From: Mycobacterium tuberculosis H37Rv
GTDB taxonomy: Bacteria; Actinomycetota; Actinomycetes; Mycobacteriales; Mycobacteriaceae
NCBI RefSeq assembly: GCF_000195955.2
Contig: NC_000962.3
Span: forward strand, 2,460,001 to 2,492,000
Direction of reading: 5' to 3'
Length of the DNA stretch: 32,000 nucleotides
Part shown: positions 10,622 to 21,964 of the stretch, piece by piece
Position numbering within the stretch: position 1 is the stretch's first letter
How the letters are laid out: each line of letters opens with the position of its first letter
Position numbers and translations under genes: made by a program
The notes under the pieces: generated by a model
What the model was told of the DNA's origin: nothing
Seen by the model: only the letters and a program-made list of their open reading frames with translations
The model's database searches: none

Positions 10622-11332
10622 GTGAAGCTGCTGGGCCACCGGAAGAGCCATGGACACCAAAGGGCCGACGCATCACCCGATGCCGGGTCGAAAGATGGTT
10701 GCCGGCCTGATTCCGGACGCACGTCCGGGTCGGACACATCGCGCGGGTCGCAAACCACCGGCCCCAAGGGCCGGCCCACGCCCAAGCGCAACCAATCCCG
10801 TCGCCACACCAAGAAGGGCCCGGTCGCACCGGCACCAATGACTGCGGCCCAGGCACGGGCCCGGCGCAAGTCGCTTGCCGGCCCCAAACTTAGCCGCGAG
10901 GAACGGAGAGCCGAAAAGGCCGCAAACCGGGCCCGGATGACGGAACGCCGGGAACGCATGATGGCCGGCGAAGAGGCCTACCTGCTCCCGCGCGACCGGG
11001 GCCCGGTACGCCGCTACGTGCGCGATGTGGTGGACTCCCGGCGCAACCTGCTCGGGCTGTTCATGCCCTCGGCGTTGACCCTGCTGTTCGTCATGTTTGC
11101 CGTGCCGCAGGTGCAGTTTTACTTGTCTCCGGCGATGTTGATACTGCTGGCCTTGATGACGATCGACGCGATCATCTTGGGTCGCAAAGTTGGCCGGCTG
11201 GTTGACACGAAGTTCCCGTCTAACACCGAAAGCCGGTGGAGGCTGGGTCTTTACGCCGCCGGCCGAGCTTCCCAGATACGCCGGTTGCGGGCGCCCCGAC
11301 CCCAAGTCGAGCGCGGCGGCGATGTTGGCTAA
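10622..11332 (+). CDS. Conserved membrane protein (DUF3043-like, Rv2206, 236 aa)
   Basis: GTG start. Basic N-terminal half ([23 protein letters not shown]) followed by [18 protein letters not shown] and two TM segments. Confidence 0.9.
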
Positions 11333-11410
11333 CGGACGCCGGAAGTCATCTCACCCGGTGTACACCCTAGTGCTCAGCGGGCGGACCGAACCGATCAAGC
11401 CGGCGAAAGG

Positions 11411-12496
11411 ATGATCGGCTTCGCGCCGGTGTCGACGCCCGATGCGGCTGCCGAAGCAGCCGCCCGCGCCCGACAAGACAGCTTGACCAAGCCGCGGGGA
11501 GCGCTGGGCAGTCTCGAGGACCTGTCTGTCTGGGTCGCGTCGTGCCAGCAGCGCTGTCCGCCGCGGCAATTCGAGCGCGCCCGGGTGGTGGTGTTCGCCG
11601 GTGACCATGGTGTGGCCCGGTCCGGGGTGTCGGCGTACCCGCCGGAAGTCACCGCCCAGATGGTCGCCAACATCGACGCTGGCGGGGCGGCGATCAACGC
11701 GCTGGCCGATGTCGCGGGCGCGACCGTGCGGGTCGCGGACCTGGCCGTGGACGCGGACCCGCTGTCTGAGCGCATCGGCGCGCACAAGGTGCGCCGCGGC
11801 AGCGGCAATATCGCCACCGAGGACGCGTTGACCAACGACGAGACCGCCGCCGCGATCACAGCCGGCCAGCAGATCGCCGACGAAGAGGTTGATGCCGGCG
11901 CCGACTTGCTCATAGCCGGCGATATGGGAATCGGAAACACTACCGCGGCCGCGGTTCTTGTGGCGGCGCTGACCGATGCCGAGCCGGTCGCGGTGGTCGG
12001 GTTCGGGACCGGTATCGACGACGCCGGTTGGGCGCGTAAGACGGCCGCGGTGCGCGACGCCCTGTTTCGGGTGCGCCCAGTGTTGCCCGACCCGGTCGGG
12101 TTGCTGCGCTGCGCCGGCGGCGCTGACTTGGCCGCGATAGCTGGCTTCTGCGCGCAGGCCGCGGTCCGACGCACCCCGCTGCTGCTTGACGGGGTGGCGG
12201 TGACAGCCGCCGCCCTGGTCGCTGAGCGTCTTGCGCCCGGCGCTCACCGGTGGTGGCAGGCGGGTCATCGATCCAGCGAACCGGGCCACGGGCTGGCGCT
12301 GGCAGCCCTCGGGCTGGACCCGATCGTGGACCTTCACATGCGGCTGGGCGAGGGAACCGGCGCCGCGGTGGCGTTGATGGTGTTGCGCGCCGCGGTCGCG
12401 GCGCTGTCGTCGATGGCGACCTTCACCGAGGCCGGCGTGTCCACCCGGTCCGTCGACGGTGTCGACCGGACCGCACCCCCGGCAGTCTCACCGTGA
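11411..12496 (+). CDS. cobT: Nicotinate-nucleotide--dimethylbenzimidazole phosphoribosyltransferase (361 aa)
   Basis: [30 protein letters not shown] and [16 protein letters not shown] motifs. Confidence 0.95.
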
Positions 12497-13242
12497 TGCG
12501 TTCGCTGGCAACAGCTTTCGCATTCGCAACGGTGATACCCACACCGGGCTCAGCGACCACCCCGATGGGCCGTGGCCCGATGACCGCGCTGCCGGTGGTG
12601 GGCGCGGCGCTGGGTGCACTGGCGGCGGCGATCGCATGGGCTGGCGCGCAAGTGTTCGGCCCGTCCAGCCCGCTGTCCGGCATGCTCACGGTGGCGGTAC
12701 TGCTGGTCGTCACTCGAGGCCTGCACATCGATGGCGTTGCCGATACCGCTGACGGACTGGGCTGCTATGGGCCGCCGCAGCGTGCGCTTGCGGTGATGCG
12801 CGACGGGTCGACCGGACCGTTCGGGGTGGCGGCCGTGGTCTTGGTCATCGCCTTGCAGGGCCTGGCCTTCGCGACCCTCACCACGGTCGGGATCGCTGGG
12901 ATCACGCTGGCGGTCTTATCCGGCCGGGTCACCGCCGTACTGGTCTGTCGCCGGTTGGTGCCGGCAGCCCACGGCAGCACCCTGGGCTCGCGGGTCGCCG
13001 GTACGCAACCCGCGCCGGTGGTGGCGGCCTGGCTCGCCGTCCTGCTCGCCGTTTCGGTGCCGGCCGGTCCCCGGCCTTGGCAAGGACCGATAGCGGTTCT
13101 GGTAGCGGTGACGGCCGGCGCGGCCCTGGCGGCGCATTGCGTGCACCGGTTCGGCGGTGTCACCGGTGACGTGCTGGGCAGCGCGATCGAGCTGAGCACG
13201 ACGGTCAGCGCCGTGACGCTTGCGGGCTTGGCCCGGCTTTAG
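12493..13242 (+). CDS. cobS: Cobalamin synthase / adenosylcobinamide-GDP ribazoletransferase (249 aa)
   Basis: [13 protein letters not shown] motif and polytopic membrane protein. Start overlaps the cobT stop by 4 nt (GTGATG); the 330-aa track ORF is extended into cobT. Confidence 0.93.
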
Positions 13243-13310
13243 CAGGCGGCGAGCGGGACGCTGCAGTAGACTCATGTCCGCCGTCCCTTCCAACACAGGG
13301 CTCCCCTCCG

Positions 13311-13330
13311 TGTCCCCAGATTAGGGGACA
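13311..13330. promoter_or_regulatory. Inverted repeat TGTCCCC-AGATTA-GGGGACA, candidate operator or small hairpin upstream of Rv2209
   Basis: Perfect 7-bp arms (13311-13317 and 13324-13330) in the cobS-Rv2209 intergenic region, ~50 bp upstream of an AT-rich CATATATAG element. Confidence 0.45.
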
Positions 13331-13399
13331 TGAAATTCAACCGACGGTGTCCGATTGGCGGATCGTTTTGGCCGCGCGGCATATATAGCGTCGTTAATC

Positions 13400-14938
13400 A
13401 TGCCCGCATCACGACTGGTCAGACAAGTGTCTGCGCCACGGAACCTGTTCGGGCGGCTGGTTGCCCAGGGGGGCTTCTACACGGCCGGGCTGCAGTTGGG
13501 CAGCGGTGCGGTGGTACTGCCGGTCATCTGCGCACATCAGGGCCTCACCTGGGCGGCTGGGCTGTTGTATCCGGCGTTCTGCATTGGCGCCATTCTGGGA
13601 AATTCGCTGTCGCCGCTGATTCTGCAGCGCGCCGGCCAGCTCCGGCACCTGCTGATGGCGGCGATATCGGCGACGGCGGCGGCGCTGGTTGTGTGCAACG
13701 CTGCGGTCCCCTGGACTGGCGTTGGCGTCGCCGCGGTTTTTTTGGCGACCACGGGGGCCGGTGGTGTCGTCACCGGAGTCTCCAGCGTCGCCTACACCGA
13801 CATGATCTCCAGCATGTTGCCCGCGGTACGGCGGGGCGAGCTACTGCTCACCCAAGGTGCCGCGGGGTCGGTGCTGGCCACCGGCGTCACATTGGTGATT
13901 GTGCCGATGCTGGCCCATGGCAACGAGATGGCGCGCTATCACGATCTGCTGTGGCTGGGCGCCGCAGGTCTGGTTTGCTCCGGCATCGCGGCGCTGTTCG
14001 TCGGCCCGATGCGGTCTGTGTCCGTCACAACCGCCACCCGAATGCCACTGCGGGAAATCTATTGGATGGGCTTCGCGATCGCCCGCTCCCAGCCGTGGTT
14101 TCGCCGGTATATGACGACTTACCTGCTGTTCGTTCCGATCAGCCTGGGCACCACGTTCTTCAGCCTGCGCGCCGCCCAGTCCAACGGCAGTCTGCACGTG
14201 CTGGTGATCCTTTCCAGCATTGGATTGGTCGTCGGTTCGATGCTGTGGCGACAGATAAACCGCCTGTTCGGGGTGCGTGGCCTGCTGCTGGGCAGCGCAC
14301 TGCTCAACGCCGCTGCTGCGCTGCTGTGCATGGTGGCCGAGTCGTGTGGGCAGTGGGTTCACGCCTGGGCGTACGGCACGGCGTTCCTGCTGGCTACGGT
14401 GGCCGCTCAAACGGTGGTCGCCGCATCGATATCGTGGATCAGCGTCCTCGCGCCCGAGCGGTACCGCGCCACCCTGATCTGCGTTGGGTCGACCTTGGCC
14501 GCCGTCGAAGCCACCGTGCTGGGAGTTGCGCTCGGCGGAATTGCCCAAAAGCATGCCACCATCTGGCCGGTTGTCGTCGTGCTGACACTGGCCGTAATCG
14601 CCGCGGTGGCGAGTCTGCGCGCACCGACACGAATCGGGGTGACGGCGGACACGAGCCCGCAAGCAGCGACCTTGCAAGCCTACCGCCCGGCCACTCCTAA
14701 CCCCATCCATAGCGATGAACGTTCGACGCCGCCCGACCATCTCTCAGTCCGCCGCGGGCAGTTACGACACGTATGGGACAGTCGCCGGCCCGCGCCACCC
14801 CTGAACCGGCCAAGCTGTCGCCGCGCGGCCCGCCGTCCAGCGCCCGGCAAACCCGCTGCCGCACTACCCCAGCCGCGCCATCCAGCCGTGGGTGTCCGCG
14901 AAGGTGCCCCGCTGGATGCCGGTCAGCGTATCGCGTAG
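13400..14938 (+). CDS. Integral membrane protein, MFS-like (Rv2209-like, 512 aa)
   Basis: Many TM segments through about residue 410. ATG at 13400. The C-terminal ~95 residues are hydrophilic and atypical. Confidence 0.82.
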   Translation: MPASRLVRQVSAPRNLFGRLVAQGGFYTAGLQLGSGAVVLPVICAHQGLTWAAGLLYPAFCIGAILGNSLSPLILQRAGQLRHLLMAAISATAAALVVCNAAVPWTGVGVAAVFLATTGAGGVVTGVSSVAYTDMISSMLPAVRRGELLLTQGAAGSVLATGVTLVIVPMLAHGNEMARYHDLLWLGAAGLVCSGIAALFVGPMRSVSVTTATRMPLREIYWMGFAIARSQPWFRRYMTTYLLFVPISLGTTFFSLRAAQSNGSLHVLVILSSIGLVVGSMLWRQINRLFGVRGLLLGSALLNAAAALLCMVAESCGQWVHAWAYGTAFLLATVAAQTVVAASISWISVLAPERYRATLICVGSTLAAVEATVLGVALGGIAQKHATIWPVVVVLTLAVIAAVASLRAPTRIGVTADTSPQAATLQAYRPATPNPIHSDERSTPPDHLSVRRGQLRHVWDSRRPAPPLNRPSCRRAARRPAPGKPAAALPQPRHPAVGVREGAPLDAGQRIA

Positions 14939-15970
14939 TGCCATGGTCACCTCACCCGGCTGACCGTCGGCGATTCTGAACTCGCTGGCACCGTGCCGCA
15001 CCCGCGCGACCGGGGTGATGACAGCGGCGGTGCCGCACGCAAACACCTCGGTGATCTCGCCGGCGGCGGCTTTCTTCTGCCACTCGTCGATATCAATCCT
15101 GCGTTCCTCGACCGCGAATCCGGCATCAATAGCCAACTGCAACAACGAATCCCGTGTGATCCCGGGCAGCAGGGAACCGGACAGCTCCGGGGTGACCAGC
15201 CGCGCCGATCCGCCGCTGCCGAGCACGAAGAAGATGTTCATGCCACCCATCTCTTCGATATAGCGGCGTTCCACAGCGTCCAGCCACACCACCTGGTCGC
15301 ATCCGTTCTCGGCGGCTTCGGCCTGCGCCAGCAACGAGGCGGCGTAGTTGCCGCCGAACTTGGCCGCACCGGTGCCGCCCGGACAGGCCCGTACATACTC
15401 CGTCGAAACCCAGACGCTGACAGGGGCGATGCCGCCCTTGAAGTACGCACCGGCCGGCGAGGCGATCAACAGGTAACGGTATTGGGTGGCAGGCCGCACG
15501 CCCAGTCCCGGCTCGGTGGCGAAGATGAACGGCCGCAGATACAGCGCCTCCTCACCGCCGGCACCGGGCACCCAAGCTTTGTCGACAGCGATTAGCTGGC
15601 GCAGGGATTCGATGAACACCGCGTCGGGCAGTTCGGGAATCGCCAACCGCCGCGCCGACGAACGCAACCTGGCGGCGTTGGCGTCGGCGCGAAACGACAC
15701 GATGGACCCGTCGGCCCAGCGGTAGGCTTTGAGCCCTTCGAACACCTCCTGCGCATAGTGCAGCACGATCGCCGAGGGATCCAGCTCGATCGGGCCATAA
15801 GGGATTACCCGCGCGTTGTGCCAACCACGGCCCTCGGCATAGTCGATCGACACCATATGGTCGGTGTGGTATTTGCCGAAACCCGGCTCCCGCAGCATCG
15901 ATTCACGCTGCGCGTCGGTGGCCGGATTGACCGCACGTAACACCGTGAATTGAAGGGAGCCGCTGGTCAT
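14864..15970 (-). CDS. ilvE: Branched-chain amino acid aminotransferase (368 aa)
   Basis: PLP fold type IV sequence: [53 protein letters not shown]. Confidence 0.95.
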   Translation of the reverse strand: MTSGSLQFTVLRAVNPATDAQRESMLREPGFGKYHTDHMVSIDYAEGRGWHNARVIPYGPIELDPSAIVLHYAQEVFEGLKAYRWADGSIVSFRADANAARLRSSARRLAIPELPDAVFIESLRQLIAVDKAWVPGAGGEEALYLRPFIFATEPGLGVRPATQYRYLLIASPAGAYFKGGIAPVSVWVSTEYVRACPGGTGAAKFGGNYAASLLAQAEAAENGCDQVVWLDAVERRYIEEMGGMNIFFVLGSGGSARLVTPELSGSLLPGITRDSLLQLAIDAGFAVEERRIDIDEWQKKAAAGEITEVFACGTAAVITPVARVRHGASEFRIADGQPGEVTMALRDTLTGIQRGTFADTHGWMARLG

Positions 15971-16041
15971 GGGCCGATTCTATCCGTGGGCGAACGGTTA
16001 TTGACGGCCCGGAGGCCACTCCGCTGCCACCAAGTGGTGAC

Positions 16042-17181
16042 TCAGCGCGTTTTCACGGCAACGAACGGCGGACACACCACTTGACATTCGACAGCACGGC
16101 CGCGGACGTCGACATTGATTTGCTGGCCGTCTTCGATGCCGGCATCACTGTCGATCAGCGCCAGCCCGATGCCGACCTGCAACGTGGGAGAAAACGTTCC
16201 CGACGTGGTGACCCCAACCGTCTCATCCCCGACAAGCACAGCCAGCCCGGGGCGCAGCACACCGCGACCGACCATGCGCAGCCCCCGCAGCAGCCGCCGC
16301 GGCCCGGCCGCTTTCTCGGCCAACAACGCCGCACGACCAAAGAAGGCGTCCTTCCGCCAGCCGACCGCCCAGCCGCATCGGGCCTGCAGCGGCGAGATGT
16401 CCAGCGAAAGCTCGTGCCCGTGCAGCGGATAGCCCATTTCAGTGCGCAGTGTGTCGCGAGCACCGAGGCCGGCGGGCTCGCCGCCCGCGGCTGATACCGC
16501 CGCCAACAGTGCGTCGAACACCACACCCGCCGACTCCCATGGCGGCAGCAGTTCGTAACCGTGCTCACCGGTGTAGCCGGTGCGACAGACACGCACCGGC
16601 ACCCCCGAGTACGAAGCGTCGGCGTAGCCCATGTAGTCCATCTCGGTTGGCAGCCCCAACGCGGTGAGCACGTCGGTCGAACACGGCCCCTGTACGGCCA
16701 GCACCGCGTAGGACCGATGCAGATTGGTGATGCTCAGACCGCCCGGTGCGGCAGCTTGTAGCGCGCCGACCACCGCGGCGGTATTGGCGGCGTTGGGCAC
16801 CAGAAAGATCTCGTCGTCGCTGACGTAGTAGGCGATCAGGTCGTCGATCACACCGCCGGATTCGGTGCAGCACAAGGTGTATTGCGCCTTGCCGGGCCCG
16901 ATACGACCCAGGTCGTTGGTGAGCGCGGAGTTGACGAACTGCGCCGCACCCGGTCCACGGACCAGTGCCTTGCCCAGGTGGCTGACGTCGAAAAGGCCGA
17001 CGGCGGTGCGGGTGGCGTTGTGCTCGCTGACGGTTCCGGCATACGAGACCGGCATCAGCCAGCCGCCGAACTCGGCGAAACTCGCACCCAGCTCGCGATG
17101 GCGGTCTTCCAGCGGTCCGTGTATCAGCTCTGGCACATCGCTCACGGCGTCCCACCCTAATGGGCGTCCCTGCTGGCACAC
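16042..17181 (-). CDS. gcvT: Glycine cleavage system aminomethyltransferase T protein (up to 379 aa; an internal GTG at 17145 would give 367 aa)
   Basis: [53 protein letters not shown]. Confidence 0.94.
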   Translation of the reverse strand: MCQQGRPLGWDAVSDVPELIHGPLEDRHRELGASFAEFGGWLMPVSYAGTVSEHNATRTAVGLFDVSHLGKALVRGPGAAQFVNSALTNDLGRIGPGKAQYTLCCTESGGVIDDLIAYYVSDDEIFLVPNAANTAAVVGALQAAAPGGLSITNLHRSYAVLAVQGPCSTDVLTALGLPTEMDYMGYADASYSGVPVRVCRTGYTGEHGYELLPPWESAGVVFDALLAAVSAAGGEPAGLGARDTLRTEMGYPLHGHELSLDISPLQARCGWAVGWRKDAFFGRAALLAEKAAGPRRLLRGLRMVGRGVLRPGLAVLVGDETVGVTTSGTFSPTLQVGIGLALIDSDAGIEDGQQINVDVRGRAVECQVVCPPFVAVKTR

Positions 17182-17189
17182 TTAGGCAG

Positions 17190-18326
17190 GTGTACGATTC
17201 CTTGGACTTCGACGCCCTCGAGGCCGCCGGAATTGCCAACCCACGCGAGCGGGCCGGCTTGCTCACCTACCTGGATGAGCTTGGCTTCACGGTCGAAGAG
17301 ATGGTGCAAGCCGAACGCCGCGGCCGGTTGTTCGGGCTGGCCGGTGACGTCCTGCTATGGTCCGGGCCCCCGATCTACACCCTGGCGACCGCGGCTGACG
17401 AACTGGGGTTGTCAGCCGACGACGTCGCACGCGCGTGGAGTTTGCTCGGCCTCACCGTCGCGGGTCCCGACGTTCCCACGCTGAGCCAGGCCGACGTCGA
17501 CGCCCTGGCGACCTGGGTCGCACTGAAGGCGCTGGTGGGTGAGGACGGCGCATTCGGCCTGCTGCGAGTGCTCGGCACTGCCATGGCCCGACTCGCCGAG
17601 GCCGAGTCGACCATGATCCGCGCCGGGTCACCGAACATCCAAATGACGCACACCCACGACGAACTTGCCACGGCACGGGCCTATCGCGCGGCTGCGGAGT
17701 TCGTCCCCCGGATCGGTGCGCTGATCGACACCGTCCACCGTCACCACCTGGCCAGCGCACGAACCTACTTTGAAGGCGTCATTGGCGACACGTCGGCAAG
17801 CGTGACGTGCGGTATCGGCTTTGCGGATCTGTCCAGCTTCACCGCGTTGACCCAGGCGCTCACCCCCGCGCAGTTGCAGGACCTGCTCACCGAATTCGAC
17901 GCCGCCGTCACCGACGTGGTGCATGCCGACGGTGGCCGGTTGGTGAAGTTCATCGGCGACGCCGTGATGTGGGTGAGCTCGTCGCCCGAACGACTGGTGC
18001 GGGCGGCGGTGGATCTCGTCGATCATCCGGGTGCGCGCGCGGCCGAACTGCAGGTCCGTGCCGGTCTTGCCTATGGCACGGTGCTGGCCCTTAACGGTGA
18101 CTACTTCGGCAACCCGGTCAACCTGGCTGCGCGCCTGGTGGCGGCCGCAGCGCCAGGGCAGATCCTGGCCGCAGCGCAACTCCGCGACATGTTGCCAGAC
18201 TGGCCTGCCCTCGCCCATGGCCCATTGACGCTCAAGGGGTTTGACGCCCCGGTGATGGCCTTCGAACTGCACGACAACCCTCGTGCGAGGGATGCTGACA
18301 CGCCAAGCCCCGCCGCCAGTGATTAG
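17190..18326 (+). CDS. Class III adenylyl cyclase (Rv2212-like; 378 aa from GTG at 17190, or 388 aa from 17160)
   Basis: Cyclase catalytic core [43 protein letters not shown], and an N-terminal regulatory domain. Confidence 0.92.
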   Translation: MYDSLDFDALEAAGIANPRERAGLLTYLDELGFTVEEMVQAERRGRLFGLAGDVLLWSGPPIYTLATAADELGLSADDVARAWSLLGLTVAGPDVPTLSQADVDALATWVALKALVGEDGAFGLLRVLGTAMARLAEAESTMIRAGSPNIQMTHTHDELATARAYRAAAEFVPRIGALIDTVHRHHLASARTYFEGVIGDTSASVTCGIGFADLSSFTALTQALTPAQLQDLLTEFDAAVTDVVHADGGRLVKFIGDAVMWVSSSPERLVRAAVDLVDHPGARAAELQVRAGLAYGTVLALNGDYFGNPVNLAARLVAAAAPGQILAAAQLRDMLPDWPALAHGPLTLKGFDAPVMAFELHDNPRARDADTPSPAASD

Positions 18327-18337
18327 GGTGGTTGCCC

Positions 18338-19885
18338 GTGACCACCGAACCGGGTTACCTATCCCCCTCCGTCGCCGTCGCGACCTCGATGCCGAAACGT
18401 GGTGTCGGCGCTGCGGTGTTGATCGTGCCGGTCGTCTCGACCGGCGAAGAGGATCGGCCCGGCGCGGTCGTTGCCTCGGCCGAGCCCTTCCTGCGCGCCG
18501 ACACGGTTGCCGAAATCGAGGCGGGCCTGCGAGCGCTGGACGCCACCGGCGCCAGTGACCAGGTGCACCGGCTGGCGGTGCCGTCGTTGCCGGTGGGCAG
18601 CGTCCTGACGGTCGGCCTGGGCAAACCGCGGCGCGAATGGCCGGCCGATACCATCCGCTGCGCCGCCGGCGTGGCCGCGCGTGCGCTCAACAGTTCGGAG
18701 GCAGTGATCACCACGCTAGCCGAATTACCTGGCGACGGCATCTGCTCGGCCACCGTCGAGGGGCTGATCCTGGGCAGCTACCGATTCAGCGCCTTCCGCA
18801 GCGACAAGACCGCGCCCAAAGACGCCGGACTCCGCAAAATCACCGTGCTCTGCTGTGCAAAGGACGCCAAGAAGCGCGCGTTGCACGGTGCGGCCGTCGC
18901 GACCGCGGTGGCCACCGCCCGGGACTTGGTCAACACTCCCCCAAGCCACCTGTTTCCCGCCGAGTTCGCTAAGCGCGCAAAGACTTTGAGCGAATCTGTC
19001 GGCCTCGACGTGGAAGTTATCGACGAAAAGGCGCTGAAGAAGGCCGGCTATGGCGGGGTGATTGGTGTCGGCCAGGGCTCGTCGCGGCCGCCGCGACTGG
19101 TGCGGTTGATTCATCGGGGATCGCGGCTGGCCAAGAACCCCCAAAAGGCCAAGAAGGTGGCCTTGGTTGGCAAGGGGATCACCTTCGATACCGGCGGCAT
19201 CTCGATCAAGCCGGCAGCGTCGATGCACCACATGACCTCGGACATGGGCGGAGCGGCCGCGGTGATCGCCACTGTCACGCTGGCTGCCCGGCTGCGACTG
19301 CCGATTGACGTGATCGCCACGGTGCCGATGGCCGAGAACATGCCGTCGGCGACGGCGCAGCGCCCGGGCGACGTGCTGACCCAATACGGTGGGACCACCG
19401 TCGAGGTGCTCAACACCGACGCGGAGGGCCGGTTGATCCTGGCCGACGCCATCGTCCGGGCATGTGAGGACAAGCCGGACTATCTGATCGAGACATCCAC
19501 GTTGACCGGTGCGCAAACGGTGGCGCTGGGGACGCGCATACCGGGTGTGATGGGCAGCGACGAGTTCCGCGACCGGGTCGCCGCGATCTCGCAGCGGGTG
19601 GGCGAGAACGGCTGGCCGATGCCGCTGCCCGATGACCTCAAGGATGACTTGAAATCCACGGTGGCCGACCTGGCCAATGTGAGTGGCCAGCGTTTCGCAG
19701 GCATGCTGGTGGCCGGGGTTTTCCTGCGTGAGTTCGTCGCCGAATCGGTGGATTGGGCGCACATCGACGTGGCCGGCCCGGCCTACAACACCGGCAGCGC
19801 CTGGGGTTACACGCCCAAGGGCGCCACCGGTGTGCCCACCCGCACCATGTTCGCGGTGCTCGAGGACATCGCGAAGAACGGGTAG
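18338..19885 (+). CDS. pepB: Leucyl aminopeptidase / cytosol aminopeptidase M17 (515 aa)
   Basis: M17 signature [13 protein letters not shown], metal-binding region [29 protein letters not shown]. Confidence 0.95.
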   Translation: MTTEPGYLSPSVAVATSMPKRGVGAAVLIVPVVSTGEEDRPGAVVASAEPFLRADTVAEIEAGLRALDATGASDQVHRLAVPSLPVGSVLTVGLGKPRREWPADTIRCAAGVAARALNSSEAVITTLAELPGDGICSATVEGLILGSYRFSAFRSDKTAPKDAGLRKITVLCCAKDAKKRALHGAAVATAVATARDLVNTPPSHLFPAEFAKRAKTLSESVGLDVEVIDEKALKKAGYGGVIGVGQGSSRPPRLVRLIHRGSRLAKNPQKAKKVALVGKGITFDTGGISIKPAASMHHMTSDMGGAAAVIATVTLAARLRLPIDVIATVPMAENMPSATAQRPGDVLTQYGGTTVEVLNTDAEGRLILADAIVRACEDKPDYLIETSTLTGAQTVALGTRIPGVMGSDEFRDRVAAISQRVGENGWPMPLPDDLKDDLKSTVADLANVSGQRFAGMLVAGVFLREFVAESVDWAHIDVAGPAYNTGSAWGYTPKGATGVPTRTMFAVLEDIAKNG

Positions 19886-19922
19886 GCGGCCGCCCGGACC
19901 CAAAGCACTTCACGAGTAGCGG

Positions 19923-21701
19923 TTAGATCACCCGCAGCCGCGCGGTACTGCGCAGCGCCTGCGGCAGCACCCGGGAGATGCCGTATAGCGCATAGGCTTC
20001 CGGCGCGACCGGTCTGATCGGCTTCTTCTTCTTGACCGCGGACACGATCGCGTCGGCTACCTTGTCCGGCCCGTAGCTGCGCAGCGCAAACATCTTGTCG
20101 ATCTGCCCCCGCCGGCCGTCGATCTTCTCCTCGTCGGTTCCGGGCGCGTGGAAACCGGTGGTAGCGACGATGTTGGTGTCAATGACACCGGGGCAGATGG
20201 TGGTCAGTCCGACACCGGCGGCATCGAGTTCGGCCCGCAAACAGTCGGAGAACATGTAGGTCGCCGCTTTGGAGGTGCAGTACGCGCTGAGCGACTGCAG
20301 CGGCGCATAGGCGGCCATCGACGACACGTTGACGATGTGCCCGCCAGTCCCCCGCTCGACCAGACGCTGCCCAAAAGCGCGGCAACCGTTCACCACGCCG
20401 CCCAGGTTGACGGCCAGCACCCGGTCGAACTGCTCAGCCGGGGTGTCCAGGAACCGACCCGCCTGGCCGATGCCGGCGTTGTTGACGACAATGTCGGGGA
20501 CCCCGTGTTCGGCGCTGACCCGCTCGGCGAATGCCTCGACCGCCTCGGCGTCGGACACGTCGAGCACATAGGGGTACGCGATGCCACCACGTGCGGCGAT
20601 CTCGGCGGCGGTGTCCTTGACGGTGGCCTCGTCGATGTCGCTGATAACGATCTCTGCACCCTCACGAGCAAAGGCGAGCGCGGTCTCGCGGCCGATTCCG
20701 CTGCCCGCCCCGGTAACCGACACCAGCGTGTCACCGAAGTACCCGCGGGGCCGTCCGACCTGGGCGCGTAACAGCGCGCGGCTCGGCTGCTTGCCGTCGG
20801 CCAGGTCGGCGAAGTCGTGCACGGCGGCCGCCATCACCTGCGGGTGCGACATCGGCGAAAAGTGACCAGCTTTGATGTCACGCCGCCAGAGCCGCGGCAC
20901 CCAGCGCGCCGTCTGGTCGTATCCGTAGGGCCGCACGTAGGGGTCCTGGGAATTGACGATCAGCTGCACCGGCACATCAACTATCGGAATGGCCCGGCCG
21001 CGGCGGCTGCTGGAAAACGACCGAAAGTAGTTTGCGGGGTAAGTCTTGACCGAGTGGGCGGCATCACGGGCCAGCGTCTCCGAGTGATGAATCTGGTCGA
21101 CGGGAATGTCGCCGACCATGTTGCGGCGGACGGCCGCACTCGACAGCGCAACCCGAAGCAGCAGCGGTGCGACCACCGGTACCGAGAACAAGGCCATGTA
21201 GCTCAACCGCAGTGTCTGGCTGATCGCCCGTAGAAAGGTTCGCGGACGCCAAGGCCGCCGCAGACCGCCATAAACGTAGTTGACCAGGTGGTCTTGACTG
21301 GGGCCGGACACCGACGTGAACGAGGCGACCCGATCACTGGCTCCGGGCCGGCGCAGGTACTCCCACACCCCCACCGAACCCCAGTCATGGGCCAGCACGT
21401 GCACCGGCTCACCGGGGCTCAGCTCGCCGATGACGGCGTCGAAATCGTCGGCGAAATGGGCCATGGTGTAGGCCGAAATGGGTTTGGGCACCGATGAGCG
21501 ACCGACACCACGGTTGTCGTAGCGAACGATCCGGAACCGTTCGGCCAGCAGCGGAACGACACCGTCCCACAGCACGTGCGAGTCCGGAAAGCCATGCACC
21601 AGCACGACGGTCGGGCCGTCGGGATTGCCTTCGTGGTAGACCGCGATGCGAACGCCATCCGGGCTGTCGACCAGACGGGACATCTGTTGTGTTGCCGGCA
21701 T
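19923..21701 (-). CDS. ephD: Fusion protein: N-terminal alpha/beta hydrolase (epoxide hydrolase-like) plus C-terminal short-chain dehydrogenase (592 aa)
   Basis: Hydrolase: VVLVHGFPDSHVLWDGV, HVLAHDWGSVGVWEYL. SDR: SVTGAGSGIGRETALAFA, VNNAGIG, YCTSKAA. Start set at MPATQQMSRLVDSPDGV. Confidence 0.94.
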   Translation of the reverse strand: MPATQQMSRLVDSPDGVRIAVYHEGNPDGPTVVLVHGFPDSHVLWDGVVPLLAERFRIVRYDNRGVGRSSVPKPISAYTMAHFADDFDAVIGELSPGEPVHVLAHDWGSVGVWEYLRRPGASDRVASFTSVSGPSQDHLVNYVYGGLRRPWRPRTFLRAISQTLRLSYMALFSVPVVAPLLLRVALSSAAVRRNMVGDIPVDQIHHSETLARDAAHSVKTYPANYFRSFSSSRRGRAIPIVDVPVQLIVNSQDPYVRPYGYDQTARWVPRLWRRDIKAGHFSPMSHPQVMAAAVHDFADLADGKQPSRALLRAQVGRPRGYFGDTLVSVTGAGSGIGRETALAFAREGAEIVISDIDEATVKDTAAEIAARGGIAYPYVLDVSDAEAVEAFAERVSAEHGVPDIVVNNAGIGQAGRFLDTPAEQFDRVLAVNLGGVVNGCRAFGQRLVERGTGGHIVNVSSMAAYAPLQSLSAYCTSKAATYMFSDCLRAELDAAGVGLTTICPGVIDTNIVATTGFHAPGTDEEKIDGRRGQIDKMFALRSYGPDKVADAIVSAVKKKKPIRPVAPEAYALYGISRVLPQALRSTARLRVI

Positions 21702-21964
21702 CGCACCTCCGCCCACCGGGACTTGCTGTTGCAACCAGTCGCCCAAACCGTAGCAAGGACGGCCGACTGCACCGATGTCCCCGCCGAGGTGTCGGCAACG
21801 GCCGCCGGGGCCACCAACTCGCCGCGCCCTGGATGTGTGTCGCTCCGGGCGCAGTGACAGGATAGGTTTCGACATCCACCTGGGTTCCGCACCCGGTGCG
21901 CGACCGTGTGATAGGCCAGAGGTGGACCTGCGCCGACCGACGATCGATCGAGGAGTCAACAGAA

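Noticed and set aside
10673-11305. 210-aa minus-strand ORF opposite Rv2206, and 11351-12337 minus opposite cobT
   Set aside because: Shadow ORFs in high-GC DNA opposite conserved genes.
13330-14700. 456-aa plus-strand ORF in a second frame over Rv2209
   Set aside because: The 13400-14938 frame encodes convincing TM helices throughout. This one is Arg/Gly-rich shadow sequence, so I did not interpret the pair as a frameshifted gene.
18725-19903. 392-aa minus-strand ORF antisense to pepB
   Set aside because: Overlaps a well supported M17 aminopeptidase; the antisense translation has no recognisable motif.
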